NCBI GenBank assembly: GCA_965202585.1
Contig: OZ241830.1
Span: 59,148,001-59,212,000, forward strand
Source of the DNA: Thalia democratica
Taxonomy: Eukaryota
Length of the DNA: 64,000 bases
Reading direction: 5' to 3'
The position numbers and the translations under genes are program-made. Shown piece after piece: positions 24,693-38,571 of the stretch (the stretch's first letter is position 1; every line of letters starts with the position of its first letter). Below the pieces are notes generated by a model. That model worked only from the letters and a program-made list of their open reading frames with translations. It was not told where the DNA came from and did not search any database.

Positions 24693-26479
24693 TTAATTCT
24701 AAACGTGAAATTCCATTTTAACCTATAGAGTAGCAGTATCTTAGTAGTTTTTATAATCTAAAAGAATTAAAGATTATAATAGTTATTTAAAGTTGTATTT
24801 GACTTCTTTAACTACTTGTTATAAACTGATTAGTTATTAAATTTTCTTCTAACCTTAAATTGATTTTACTACTCTTTAACTTAAAGCAACATTGAAAAAA
24901 TTGTCTAGCTTGGGCTAGATTTGGATGCCTTACATACAAAAATAGTTAAATTAGGCATAGACTTTTGCAGACATATGTATCTTTGTTAACTTATGCTAAA
25001 ATTTCTTCTTTTGTATTAGCGTCAAATTTTAATCAAAAGTTGATGAACTTTTATATAACATACTTACATAAGTTTTTATAAATATTAAAAGTTGTTGACA
25101 GGCTATGTTATACCTACACAACCTCTAAAAAACAATATTTTACTCGAGTCTACTTAAATTTTTTTTGTTTATTTATATTATATATATTATTTTGTAGTTA
25201 AGATATTATTATTATAAAACTGTACAAATAAATGTTACAGTTATTGACAACAGTTATTAACTATTTGATTTTTACATGTTTAACTCTTTCTCAGATATGA
25301 AAATATCACCTACATTTAATATATTTATTCCTATCTTAGTAATGTCATTTGCTGTAGTGTTATGTGCCATTAATATGCCATTACATTCATATGGCGTCGA
25401 TAACTTGACATGTAGTTTTTATTTTATAATACTAATTTTTATTTTGTGCATCCATAAGCAAAACAAACCCAAGTTAGTTGATTGGAAAAACAGACTAGAA
25501 TTGTAATAATCAAAATTGATCCATTTGCGACTTTTACTCCTTGAAAATTCCATTTAAACAAAGTTTCTAAGTTAACCACAATTCCTAGTATTTTGATCTG
25601 TTAAATAAATTTGATTACAACTTGTTATTTAACTTCATGTTTTTTTTGAGTATTTGTTAATTGTCACTTAAAAATATGAAAAACAATAATTTGAAATAAT
25701 TATACAAAAAATATTTTTTAGTAATAATTAATAGATTTAAATATATTATATGATCTAATTTGTAAATGATGAGCCCTTTTAAAAAAAACTTGGTACTACA
25801 ATAAACTGAAATTACATAATTTTGTTCTAAATGTGTATACTGTAAAGAGTAAACTAAGATCCTTTATAAAATTCTAATTTTAAATTTTATACTCGTAAAA
25901 CAAACTGTTCTTTTTTAGATTAAGTAAGAATTTAATGTAACTATTTCAATAATTATTTTCTGAAAAAGTATACTAAAGTTTGAATGCTATTGAAGGTGGC
26001 CAATAGTTTACTATTATGTAAAAATTTTAAAAGAGCTTAGTGCATTAGAAGATTGTCCTAGGAAGAGAAAATCTTTTGTATATATTCTGTGTAAGTGTCT
26101 GACTTCAATAACAACTATCTTTTTAAACTATAATTATCACGTGAATTATCTGATCTTCCTACATGTCTGTTGTTTTAAATTTTTTTGAGATTGCTAGAAA
26201 TTATTTTCTATTAGTGGGCAACAGAATGTCAGGCTATTCAGAAATGTTCTCTACACCTAGTAAAATAACTAAATTGCAATTAAGACTTATTTTCCAGGCT
26301 TGCCTAGGAGATATCATGTGATAGTGGACAGAGTTTTTCTCCAATGCATCTAAGCAACTACTGAAAACCGCAGATGTTACACTTCGAATAGCCATTACTT
26401 ACTATCCAAGATCAAATGACTGAGTATAAGTAGCTAACAAATAGGTGAAAATATTATTAACACTTAATCTTGATGCATC

Positions 26480-27340
26480 AGTAAGCCAGGACAGTTAAGA
26501 TTTTGATGTTGATGCTACATTTAATAAATTTCCCTTATAGCTATTGTCAAGTATCCAAAGATTTATTGGCGCCAGCTGCTGCAAAATTGGTTCACGTTTT
26601 TAAACAAGCTTGACAAGTTTTCTAATCATGCTGTGCAGGCTGTATGTAAAACATCATAAAAATTAATAAAAAGGCATTACAAACAAGATCTGTAAGAACC
26701 ATAAGTGCTTAACCTGAGAACAGATTTGCCTAAATGCTTATGTTGCTATGTCCAGTGTTTATTTGATTCAACTTGATTTGCTTTCAATTGATTAAAATTT
26801 GGCAAATACGCCTGAGTGTTGAGACCTTTCTCTACTGCAGAACCCTGTGCAAATGTGCAAGGAAAGAAGTGGTGATGAGGGTGCTTCCACAGTTTGTGGT
26901 AATAATTGATTATTCACAGAGACTGACTTTAAAAAACATAATTTTTCTAAGGGCGTTAAACCCAATGTCAACGTGCATTAAACAAAGGCATTGAATTGTT
27001 GTTGCAAAGTTCTACTCAACTTTCGTGAAGGCAGTGCAGATTGTGAATGTCCTGATTCTGTTGAAAATGTTACTAGGCATTTAAACAATGGGCTAATAAT
27101 GGTAAATCAAGTGGGGTAGCCTTTGTCAGCTGAGAAATTTCAATGTGCCAGGAGAGCTTGAGAGTGAAAAACTCAGTAGCAGAAATTGTCACAGTGAAAT
27201 TTGTACAAAGCTCTCTCAAGCTTGTTGATGATGAGCAAGATGTTTGTACTGATGAGCATAAATGCTTGCTGCTGGATCTTCAACTGCCCCTGTTGGTGAT
27301 CATGACTGATGAGCTAGGAGGGATTCAGCTTGGTGTTTGG
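26480..27340 (+). pseudogene. Heavily decayed transposase-like relic, possibly Mutator-like
   Basis: GC-richer island with stop-riddled frames: VLRPFSTAEPCANVQGKKW**GCFHSLW and VLLNFREG resemble, from memory, the MULE motifs L..C..GKTQN.NESFHS.IW and AV..FNEG. Confidence 0.3.
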
Positions 27341-27540
27341 TAAACTTACATTATTTAGGATTAATTAAAATTGTGTTTTATTTTGTATCCGTTTTTCAAA
27401 CCACTTGTTAATTTAAAGTTTTTCTTACCTTAAAGTGTGGTTTTATTGTGTTAAATGTTTTTTTAAACATTCTATGTTATTAGCTTATTTATTTAAATGC
27501 ATAACAGTTATATAAAACACTCTCCCAAGTTTTTCTGTGA

Positions 27541-27579
27541 TAGTTTAATACGTATTTCACTACTTTTCGTCAGAACCTA
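27541..27579 (-). ncRNA. Minimal hammerhead-ribozyme-like motif, PLE2 left arm
   Basis: The minus strand reads TAGGTT-CTGACGA-AAAGTAGT-GAAA-TACGTA-T-T-AAACTA: canonical CUGANGA and GAAA boxes, A-U closed stem II, palindromic stem III, and 5 of 6 bp in stem I. Confidence 0.65.
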
Positions 27580-29015
27580 ACAGTTGACCAAATTTAAAAT
27601 TATGAATAGTTTTTAAACAAAAACACAAAAAGTTAAAACTAACAAAGTAATTAGCACAATAAATAATCAGTTTAAAGTAATAATTAAACTCAAATACTAC
27701 TAACGGAAAAAATGGACAATCTAACTAAATAAAGACACTTTGTAATCGAATTCCTTTTGTTTGCACAATTCTGGTTTCTCTAAAAATATGGAGATATCCT
27801 CCAATTTCACAAGATCAATTACACTATTGCAATGATAGATTATTCTAAATCTAGATATGTCATATTTCTAAGCACAATCTATATTATTTATTAGATGTTC
27901 TGCAACTGAAGATATTTTTGCTGCATTTTTTGTTGCCGTTGTCTTAATTTTAGGTTCTATTTCAGTGAATTTCTCCACACAAGCAGGTATATGTTCTTTT
28001 ATCCTGTTTTTAAGTGCCTTGAAGTCTGACTGATGTAGCTCTTTTCGCAAGAGCAGTTAAACTTGTACACTATAAAATTTTTGTCTTAGTCTGGCATCAG
28101 ATTCTTTAACTGCACTAAAATAATACATACACTACTGGGCAATACTTACACTACCAATATTTTGTATAAAGAAATGAAAAGTAAACCTAATCAAAACCCT
28201 TACCAAAATCTGTTCTAAAAAATTACTTCACTTAGAGGTTAAGAGAATTTTAATCAAAAATGGATACCCACCAGATTTGATTTAGAGGGTTATAAAATCA
28301 CATCACAGTAACCTAAATCAACCCTAAGATATACGGACCGGAGAAGTTCCCAGCAATTTTAAAACTGCCTTATGTTGGAAAAAAAATCACGTGTATTTGA
28401 GAGCAAAGTAAAAGATTTAACAAAAACATCTTACAATCAAGTGTGTCCAAGAGTTATATTTCTTTTAAAACTTTTATTAAAAGTGCAGTTGAAGGATCTG
28501 ATACCAAACCAAGACAAAAGTTTTATAGTGTACAAGTTTAATTGCTCTTGTGAAAAGAGCTATATCAGTCAAACTGCGAGGCACTTAAAATCCAGGATAA
28601 AAGAACATATACCTGCTTGTGTGTCGAAATTCATTGAAAAAGAACCTAAAATTAAGACAACGGCAATAAAAAACGCAGCTAAAAGATTTTCAGTTGCAGT
28701 ACATCTATTAAATAGTAGAGATTGTGCTAAGAAATATGACGTATCCAGATTTAGGATAATCCATTATTGTAATAGTGTATTTGATTTGTGAAGTTGGAGG
28801 CTATCTCCATATTTTTAGAGAAACCAGAATTGTGCAAACAAAAGGAATTCGATTACAAAGTGTCTTTATTTAGTTAGATTGTCCATTTTTTTCCGTTAGT
28901 AGTATTTGAGTTTAATTATTACTTTAAACTGATTATTTATTGCGCTAATTACTTTGTTAGTTTTAACTTTTTGTGTTTTTGTTTAAAAACTATTCATAAT
29001 TTTTTGGTCAACTGT

Positions 29016-29054
29016 TAGGTTCTGACGAAAAGTAGCGAAATACGTATTAAACTA
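29016..29054 (+). ncRNA. Minimal hammerhead-ribozyme-like motif, PLE2 right arm
   Basis: TAGGTT-CTGACGA-AAAGTAGC-GAAA-TACGTA-T-T-AAACTA. The stem II closing pair is mismatched (A-C) in this copy. Confidence 0.6.
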
Positions 29055-29892
29055 TCACAGTAAGAATATTATAGTTTTAAGTATCTCAAAAGTAAGCCAG
29101 GCATTTTAAAACAAAGTTTACTTTGAAACTTTAAAACTTGATTTATAATTACGTAATAATATACTTTTTTAAAACTTTTTATATGCAAGAAAATTTTGAA
29201 TTAATTCAGTTTTAATTGCCTACTGAAGACGAAAATTTGAAAGTACTTTAAGCAATATAACAAGTACTGATAAATTTGCAGATTTTTTTGTAAAATAAAA
29301 AAGATTTTTTAATTACAATGAAACTATCACAGAAAAACTTGGGAGAGTGTTTTATATATCTGTTATGCATCTAAATGTTTGTATAATTCAATTTTGTCTA
29401 AGTAATTATTTTTTACATTGTTTTTGCATTAAATGCGCTGTAAAATATGTAGAATTGTGTAACATGTAGCTTATTTCTGTGTATTTATTAATAAATTTGA
29501 TTATGTTAAAGGTTGTTCATTGCTAATACAAAAAAAATGGTTAAGATGAAGTTGTTCTTTAATTATGATTGCAATGATAAAATAATAGATGTTTTATATT
29601 TAAAGATAAATTTATTGATAGCCTAGAATTATTATAATTTGTTTTGTCTAAATTTGGAATATGGTGCACCTTTTTTAATGATTTTGATAATTTATAACAT
29701 AACTTCCTTAATAAAAAAACAATTAAACATTAAATAATTATAAGATGATCTTGAATTTTTAAATTTTTCTTGTTAATAATATATTTTGCACAAATTATAG
29801 AAGAATAGAAATCACTAAAATGTTTTCGTTATCAATGATAGTTCAATATTTAATGTTTTACTTCAAAAGTCTATTATAAGTAAATGCGAAAT

Positions 29893-30260
29893 GGGGTGCA
29901 CGACTACTTAAATTCGGACAATTGAAAGGGCCACAACTAAAAAAGTAATGTATATTTGTCAAATATGAAAAATACATATGTAGGTCCTATTAATATCTTC
30001 AAGCCATTTTTTTACTTTTGCAAAACATTGAATATTTTTCGATATATGGTTTAAATAAAGTAAAAAACATAGTTATTTTTAGTAGTTTTAAAATATCTTA
30101 AAAAGTATTTAAGATTTTGCAAAAAAGAAAAAGTGGCTTGTAGATATTAATAAGGTCTACATAATCATTTTATTTTTTGAGATATAGTCTTCTAATAATT
30201 TTTTTAAGAATTTGAGTTGTCGGAATTTGAATTGTCCGAATTTAAATTGTCATGTAACCG
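29893..30260. mobile_element. MITE of the same family as 11509-13408, with an internal inverted repeat
   Basis: GGGGTGCACGACTACTTAAATTCGGACAATT ... AATTGTCCGAATTTAAATTGTCATGTAACC. Internal arms are tgtaggtcctattaatatc / gatattaataaggtctaca. Confidence 0.65.
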
Positions 30261-31159
30261 CAAAATGTTAGTAAATTTATACTTAAAAAGTTTGTTATTA
30301 TATATTTTAGTGAGTTTTCTTCGCTAGGATCTCTATTAGCAAATGATTAACTTAAGATTTTGCATCAAAATCATGAATATTTTGAAACTATATTGTACTT
30401 TCATATTGCACTATCAGATAAAAGGACATCCATAAACAAAAGTAATGAAATCAACACTCAATGTCCACATTATTTAAACGAATTCTAATATGCTAACATT
30501 TGACAAATATGTTTACTGCTCTGAATATATGTTGTGTTGTAGCGACCTTCAAGATTTAAATGTTTTATTTCCATAATTTTTTTTAGGTTACTAGACAGAT
30601 ATTTTTGTATTTATATAAGTGGTAATTATACTGTATTTCTATTACAAAAAATTTCCTTTCCCATTTAATCTATTTTAACTATGTAATTTTAAATGTTTAT
30701 GTTTAAAATAACACTCTAATTTATGAAATAAACCCTTTTCATTTTAAACCATTTTATACTACACATTGCTAAAAATTTTAATTTTCATCATAAAAACGTA
30801 ACTTGGAAACAATATGTTACTAGTTTTTTTTTTGTATATGGTTTTCATTAATTTTGTACTTTATTTCTGCACAATGACTAAATTAACCATTATATAGTAT
30901 TCAAATATAAACTACATGTACTTATTCAACTTGCTTTTTTAAAATAAATTACATTTTTTAAATTAATTTTTGAACAGTTTGTCATTTTAACGATTTTTTT
31001 ATCGAGAATCACAATTTGAAAATCGTTAGGCGGTGAAACTGAGTTGCTGTAAACTTATTAATAAATTATATACAAAGAATATACAAACAACTATTCAATT
31101 TGAATTTATTTCTGTGCTAAACCTGTTTCAATCATATATTTAATTACTTTGAAACTCAC

Positions 31160-33910
31160 CAAAAAATAGATACGATCTTTTTGGTGACCAATGGTACGTG
31201 AGCTCAACACTTGATCTTTACTTATGAAGGCTCCATGCTCGTATTGTTTTTTCTTTACTTTTGTTTTATTGTGGACCTTTAAAAAATATGTAATAGAGTA
31301 CTAAATGTCAAACACACATTTAAAATATTTTTAAAATAATTTTTAAGTATTAAATTTCAGTGAGAGAAGCTAACTCTGTTTGTTAACATGAGCTATTTTT
31401 GCTGAAAGCAACCAACTTTCTTTTATTTCTTTAATATAATCCAATTAGTTTTCGATATGTACAAACTGGTTCATTAAAGTCTGTATCTTGATATAATATA
31501 CCTTGAGATTAAAACTTAAAAGTGAAAAAAAAATTAAGGCACTTGATTAGTCTTTTATATTTTTTAATTAATTTGAGAAAATTTTTATATTAGTTAGAGT
31601 TTATTTGATAACTTTGATTATTATAACCACTGAACAATAAACATTTTGTTATTGTTTGGAATTTATAGCTTAATAAATTTAGGAAGAAACGACATCAACG
31701 TGATACAAAAAAGTAAAAACTTAAAATTCAAATCAAAAAAAAAAGTTAAAATATTTCTCTTTTTTGGCATTTGAATGTTTTTAAAGCATGAAAACTGATT
31801 TGAGAAAAAATACAATACTTTAAGTTTGTAGAATTATTTAACTTTATTATAGTTTTTTACATTAAATAAAAAAAAATATATATAATATTATTATTAAATA
31901 TATATTATGTTAAATATATATAATATATTAACATTAGTATTATATATAATAGCTAAACAAACTAGGTTTTTGTTATAAAACACTATTGAAAAAAAAAAAT
32001 TAAAAGTTACATTATGTCCAAAAAGAAAATTTATAAAAAAATTAATTTTATTTGAATTGTTTATTTTTATTATCTTAAAATAAAAATTTAGTTAGGCCTG
32101 AAGTTTTTACAAAAGATTTATAAAAATTTTTGATCAAAAAAAATTGAAGTTTTTAAAAAACCTTTAATAAATAATACAAACTACCTGAAAAAGTAAAAAG
32201 AAAAAAATCGATTAGCATGTTCCGGTTAGTTTAAGCTGATTTTAGATCAATTTAAATCAAAGTTATGTAAAATTTAGAAGAAACACCTACAAAAGTTTGT
32301 AAACCTTAACTTCTGTAGACTAACTAACTGTTAGTGTTTTTTTTTTTATTTTGCATGAAAATAAACAATTTTTAATACGGTTTTGATTTCGAAAAAAAAA
32401 AAAACAGAGTTACTATTATTTTTTATCTTTCAGCATATTATGTTAACAGGTTCAACTAAGTTTAATTTATTGCTACAACAGTTGAAGAACAGGTTAACAT
32501 TGTTTATAAGATATTAACTAAGAAGAATTGTTTCAATTTTAAATTGACTAACAAACAACTTTTACAAACAACGAGTTTTTCAATAAAAAGTTAATTCAAA
32601 TACAAAAATGCTAAATATGCTTCCACTAAAAACATAAACCAACAAGTTTGAAATAAAAAACCAACAGCTATTTGTTTATGTTTTTTTAAGCGTAATTTGC
32701 AGTAATTGATATGAATAAAATCTAGTTCAAAAGTTACAATATAAAATTCTTACCTTTTTCATGGTGCTGTTTTTTCCAGACAAAAGTTTTTAAACTTCTT
32801 ATGTAACTATTATAATGCCTATAAGATTAAATATTTTTTGTTAATAGTCTTAATTTTGACACTTTCTTAGAATGTTTAGATACCTTAAATTCAAAACAAT
32901 GATTCGCAAAGGTACTTTAAATTAATAAAACATTACTTCATCTTGAAAATAGTTTAATTGTTAGCAAAAAAATTTTGAAATCTCTATTGTCTATAAAAAG
33001 AGTCTTTCTGTGTGTGTTTCGGTAAAAACTAATGCTGTCATAAATATTTTAAATAGAATAGTTTGTAATGTTAAAAAAGCATCTTGGATTAGTTTTAATA
33101 AATAACTTATTTTTTTTTAAAAAGTGTTTTAAAAGGTTATATTTTTATATACTTGATCACACTTTATCAAACTGTATACATAGTTTATTAAACATAACAA
33201 CCAATATCTGTTTAACAATTTTGATACATATTTATTTTTCATCAAATTTCAGGCTTAACTAAGAAATTTTTTTTAGGTAAAATAATATAAAGAACTAATA
33301 AAACTAGATTAAATGTTTAATTTTTTTAAAACTCCTATTTGCTGTTTCACAAAAAAAATAAAATAAATATATAAAACCAAAAATACTCTGTACAAGTAAC
33401 TAAACAAAGCTCTTATTTATAAAAACTATAATAAGTCAAGTGAATAGAAAAAAAACTTTTTTGAGTTTTACTTTCTTTTTTATTCGCCAAAAGAAGTTTT
33501 GCTCGCTCTTATAATTATACTTTATTGTCTCTTCTATGAGTATATTTTTAGATACTTACAGTAGCTCTCAAGCAATAAAAAATTGTGCGGTTATTAATTA
33601 GTGAAACTAAAAAAACTGTTTTTAACATGCTCGTTAAAACACACTTAGCTACAGCCTTTATTTATACTTCAAACAGTTTTTTTTTCAAAAAAAAAAACGA
33701 ACGTAGTAAATTTAAAAGAAAATTTAAGTTTAACGCAAAAATTAAGTTTTGTTTAATCATTAAAGCATTAAAGCATAAATTAACACTTCAGTAGCAGTTA
33801 TTTTATGTAATTTTAAATAGTTTATTTTAAAATAAGCAAGTTCATTTATACGCGGATTTGTTATTATGCTGGTAACCAGGCTTCTTTACTAAAAAAAGTT
33901 CTGATCGAGC
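31160..33910 (-). CDS. Candidate exons of an unidentified minus-strand gene
   Basis: AG/GT-bounded open segments: 31160-31276 (VHNKTKVKKKQYEHGAFISKDQVLSSRTIGHQKDRIYFL), about 32755-32821 (HYNSYIRSLKTFVWKKQHHEK) and about 33474-33534 (ETIKYNYKSEQNFFWRIKR), with partly compatible phases. No family recognised. Confidence 0.3.
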
Positions 33911-36900
33911 TGTATATTTAATGTTAAAACTATTATATTAACATAATAATAAAACTTAAGGTATACATGTATACACTTTTTATCTTGTAAAACAACTAAA
34001 ACAGAAATTTTGTTCACAATTTTTTGTAAAATGATAAACAGCCTTTTTAAAAAGTAATCAAACAAAAGTTTTTAGATATAAAGCTATCAAAAGAGAAAAA
34101 AAAAGTATTCATCTCTAAGTTTCTCTTTTTTTTTTGTTTTGCTATACAATCATGTGATAGTTAACTGCTTCTTTAGTTTTTAATAGTAGAAAAACGGAGT
34201 TTTTAATGTTTTCAAACCAAATGTTGTCAATTATTTTTTGAACAATTCAACTTTTCTAAGGCTTATATTGCAAATCAGTTTTAAACTCCAATATTTTTAG
34301 CTAATTAGCACGACTGTTTTAGACAACTTTATACACAGTTTATTTACTAATTTCTGATTCTGTTTCTGCTTGAATTAGATTAGTATTAAAAAAAGTAAAA
34401 AATGCTTCGTTTTCTTAAAAGCTAGCTCAATATTTGTATAGTTGAATTTAAACTGAACTTTAATTATTTTCAGATAAACATTGAAACACTTCATATACAA
34501 TAAAAACTTTGCTTGACTGTAACTATTATAGACACTATCAGTAACCTATTTTTATACTGCTTTATAAAATGCTTGCAATGCATAACATCTTTTTTAATTA
34601 TACTGAAGATTGAAACAAGAATAAATATTAAAAATATACAATTTTATCAAAAATGTACTTAAGTCTATTGGAAAAGATATGGCTGTATATTAGTATTTAG
34701 TTGTTTTTGATTGTTTCATCTTCATTTGACCTCGTCTATAAGAAAACAAAAACAAGTTTCTGTTATGCTTTACCTTTATTTTCTCAGCTTTAGTCATGTG
34801 ATAATTACTCTTCACCTTAATTTCTCAGTTTAAAAAACTTTTATCGTTCTAAATTGGCTTAATTTTTTGTTTTAATGCTGGATTCTTAGTTATTGCATTA
34901 ATAATTAAAAAAATAATTTTGAATAACTAACAAAATCTTAAATTTCAAGCATTATTTGACAATTTTCAGGTTAGCTAAAAAGTTTAAATAGGTTTTCCTT
35001 AAAATTTTATTATTAAAAGTTTTACAACAGTTGTCTCCTAACTTATTCAAATTTTAAGTTTTACACTGTGTACTATTATGTATCGAAATTTTATAAAGTA
35101 AGTAAATTGTTTACTTGTTAAGCTAGTAGAACAGTTCGATATATTGATACATACTTATTTACACTTGTGAGCTTACGCGTTAGAAAACAGAAGCAATAAT
35201 AACTGCTTTACTTTACAAAAATGTCTTTTAAACTTTTTTTTAAACTGAAACTCAAAGTCGTGAAGTTTTCGATAGCATATTACTACTTTAAAATATAAGC
35301 TTATAGCTGAATTTTTTGATGATAGTAAATAAAAAACTATTCATAATAAACTGAATCAATGATTTTTTTTTGATAAAGTTTAAGTAGTTTTTACAAAAAA
35401 GTGATTAGTTTTACACTTGAAAAACTATCTTACATTTAGAAACAAACTTTGTTTGAATTAACTTTTTGTTTACATTTATGAATCTTAGATGAAAATGAGA
35501 AGTTATTAAAAATAGCTCAGGATGTAGTTAGCATGTATAAATTTAAATCTGTTTGAAAAAATCTTTTTTTATTTATTTCTTAATAATTAAGAAATTTTCA
35601 AATCTTGAATTTAATTCAAGTTATGTCAATAGAATCTATAGTGTTAAAAAATTCCGAAAATTTAAATTACGACCATTTGAACTAGTTTTTTTTAAAGTGT
35701 GCACATGTGCACATATTTGAAAAAATGGGGACTCAGTGCACAGTATAGGTATTTGAAACACTTAATATAACTACATTAATTGAACAAAAGTTTAACTTAC
35801 GAAATTTCAAATTAAGAAGTATAAAACGATAATTAAGCTACTAGTAAATAAATATATATGGTTACTATAAAGGGAGTTTTATTTTTATCAGTGTATATTA
35901 ATTTAGTGTTTGATTTAGTGTCATCAAACACTGAAAAAAATTCTCATTTTGTAGTAAACAGTTTACAATAAAATAATATTCATTTCATCGGTTTTCTTTA
36001 ACCTTAATCCGTGTCTTTGAAGTTAGTGACATTTCATTTATTTTAAAAGTTGATATAATTTACTTGTCAAAAGGTATAGTGTTTTTGTTTTGTCTCAAAA
36101 AATTAAATGTTTTTTTTTTACTAGTTGTTTAATTAAGATATAGTGGAGTTTTTCTTATATCGGTAAAAATAACAAAAGTATTTTAATAAAAACCGTTAAA
36201 AACAACTTTGATAAAACTAAAGGAATTAAGCTAAACTAGTAGTAAAAATCAAAATTGAAAAAGGCAATAAACTAAAATAGAAAGTATGTATAAACAAAAG
36301 TAGTCAAACATATGATAAATTTTAATTGAGAACAAATTTTACTTAAATTAAAGTGATTGGTGTAAAAAGGTAGTAGTGTATTCGTATATAATATTTTTAA
36401 AATTTAGTTAGTTTATATTTATGTATATATTTTGAGCGAAGTTTTCTATAAACTTGTTGAATACTTTAATCATAAATTGTTCAAGTTAAATAACACATAC
36501 TAATCTATATTTTGATTCCTAATTAAAATTTAAAACTGATAGTGCCCAGTAATAAACGAATATTCATGATAGAAATATTCTAATTAATTGAAATTATAAA
36601 ATAATCTATGTAATTTTTTGAAATGTGTTATCAAAAGCTAATACAAAAAATACTTTATTATTGAAAAAAAAATATAGAGTTACGCCACTGAAAAAAGGCT
36701 AGACACGTCCCTGTTGTGCTCGTGGAAACAAATCAGACTGCAATGTCCTATTCTATCAACTCAATCTTAATAATAGTCCAAAAAACAACCTTTATTTGCA
36801 TAGCCAATTTTTTTTTTATGTTTACAAAATCTCTAATGAAAAAAGGAACCATAACTTTGTTTGACGTCAACAAACTAATAAGTTGTAAAAACAACCAAAT

Positions 36901-38571
36901 AAAATAAAAACCATATTAATGGTAATTTTTTGCAAAACTAACGCGACAAAATTGATTATAATAGTAAAAATCTATCATTAATTACCATTTTTTCGATAAA
37001 AAAAAGCTTACCACTGTTATTTAAAACACTCAGATTAAAAAAAAAACGTTTACCGTATTTTAGATTGTTTTTTTTTTATTACTTTAAAACGTGTTTGTGA
37101 TTCTTTTTTACTTTAAATAATCATTAAGCATATCTTTAAAACTGCCAGCTACATTAAACATTTTATTCTACATACTTTTCTTTTACTTACTTTCCTTTAC
37201 AAACTAAATAGTTAGCAACTAAACATAAAATCATAACATTTAATGTTCTTAAGAAAAACAGGCTTAATTTTAGTTTTCTACTTTTTATAGTTAGAAATAC
37301 ATTACTTTGTTGAACAAAACAAAGTTTGAAGAGTTCAAATCAAGATTAAACTATCATTAGTAGACGAGCACACGTAAATTATAAATAATTATTATTTAAA
37401 CAAGAGTTTTATATGAATTTAAGAACAAAAAATATTGTTAACTTCAAGAGAAACTTTATTTATTCTAATTATATTTATGTTGCAACTAAAGGGGCGACGC
37501 AGTTAGAAATTGAGTACTGCATAACTAAACAACACCTAAAAAATAAAAACAAGTAAAAACTTAAAAAAACCTAAAAAGTATTAACTTTATTCTTGAATTC
37601 TCCTTGGTTTAAAACTCTGATTTTGATTTTAGTAATTTTCTTTACAAACAAACAGAAAATTTTGAAATAAAGTATTGTTATTTAAATGTCTTACTTAAAT
37701 TAAACAAATTAATAAGTATATATATTTTTTTTAATTTTGAATACGTGTTTGTTTTTTCTCTCAATATAAGTTATTACTTTTCAAATTGATACGTAGTGAA
37801 CACTTCAATTTTATTTTCATGATACTAAATCGATTTCGTTGTAAATAAAGTGTTATAGTTTTATATGTAACCATTTCTTAAAATGTAAAACTTACATTTA
37901 AAACACTGTTACAAGGCTCTCAAAATTTAAAAAAATCTAAGTTTAAACTTTTGAAAGTTATAAAATATATTTTTAAAAAATCTTAGTCTCATTTTATATG
38001 AAAAGATCAGTACGTTTTGCTCATTTAGTGGATAAAAGCCAAAATATTTCGCTAGTTTTGGTATTTTACAAACTTGAAGCAAAACAAAGTTGTTGAAAAA
38101 TACTTTTAAAACTAAATATTGTTTAAACTCGCGTCTTTGCTTATTTAAAATTAAACAAAGTTTAAGTTTTTATGAAATCTTTTAAACAAGTTGTTTCACA
38201 CAAAAAATAAGTCGTGTATCGGAAATTTGTATTTTACCGTAGTTTATGACCATCTTTTAGGGATGGTAACATCTGTAAATTAAAGTGTGTTTATCAACTT
38301 GTGCGAATTTAATTCTTTATTATGATAATTAATATCAGTTTTATCATATGAATTTGTATTGCTTTTTTCATCAAAAAAGTAGTTTTAAAAAACCATAATA
38401 TTTAAAAGTATAGTGATGTCATTCGAAAAGTTAACTTTTAAATAAAAAAAATATTTTTGAGTTCCCGTTATCTTTTTCACCAGAAAAAGTAGCTCGAATT
38501 CATAGTAAGCAGTTTACCTGTCAATTACTCAAGTAAAAGTTAAACAGTTAGTTTAAATTCAATTAAGTAAA

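Larger units (their letters stand above)
27491..29376. mobile_element. Older Penelope-like element (PLE2) as a head-to-head inverted dimer: minus arm 27491 to about 28116, plus arm about 28125 to 29376 (interrupted at 29061-29320)
   Basis: The plus arm encodes degraded TTGQYLHY..KICSKK..NGYP..LKLPYVGK..VYKFNCSCEKSYISQTARHLKSRIKEH. The minus arm is a diverged reverse complement of its 3' part including the 3' UTR. Both arms end at ...gttatgcat(t/c)taaat. Confidence 0.88.

Noticed and set aside
31150-31195. Plus-strand SPKNRYDLFGDQW resembling the end of a DnaJ domain
   Set aside because: There is a stop immediately upstream and no acceptor; the minus strand gives a cleaner AG/GT-bounded exon.
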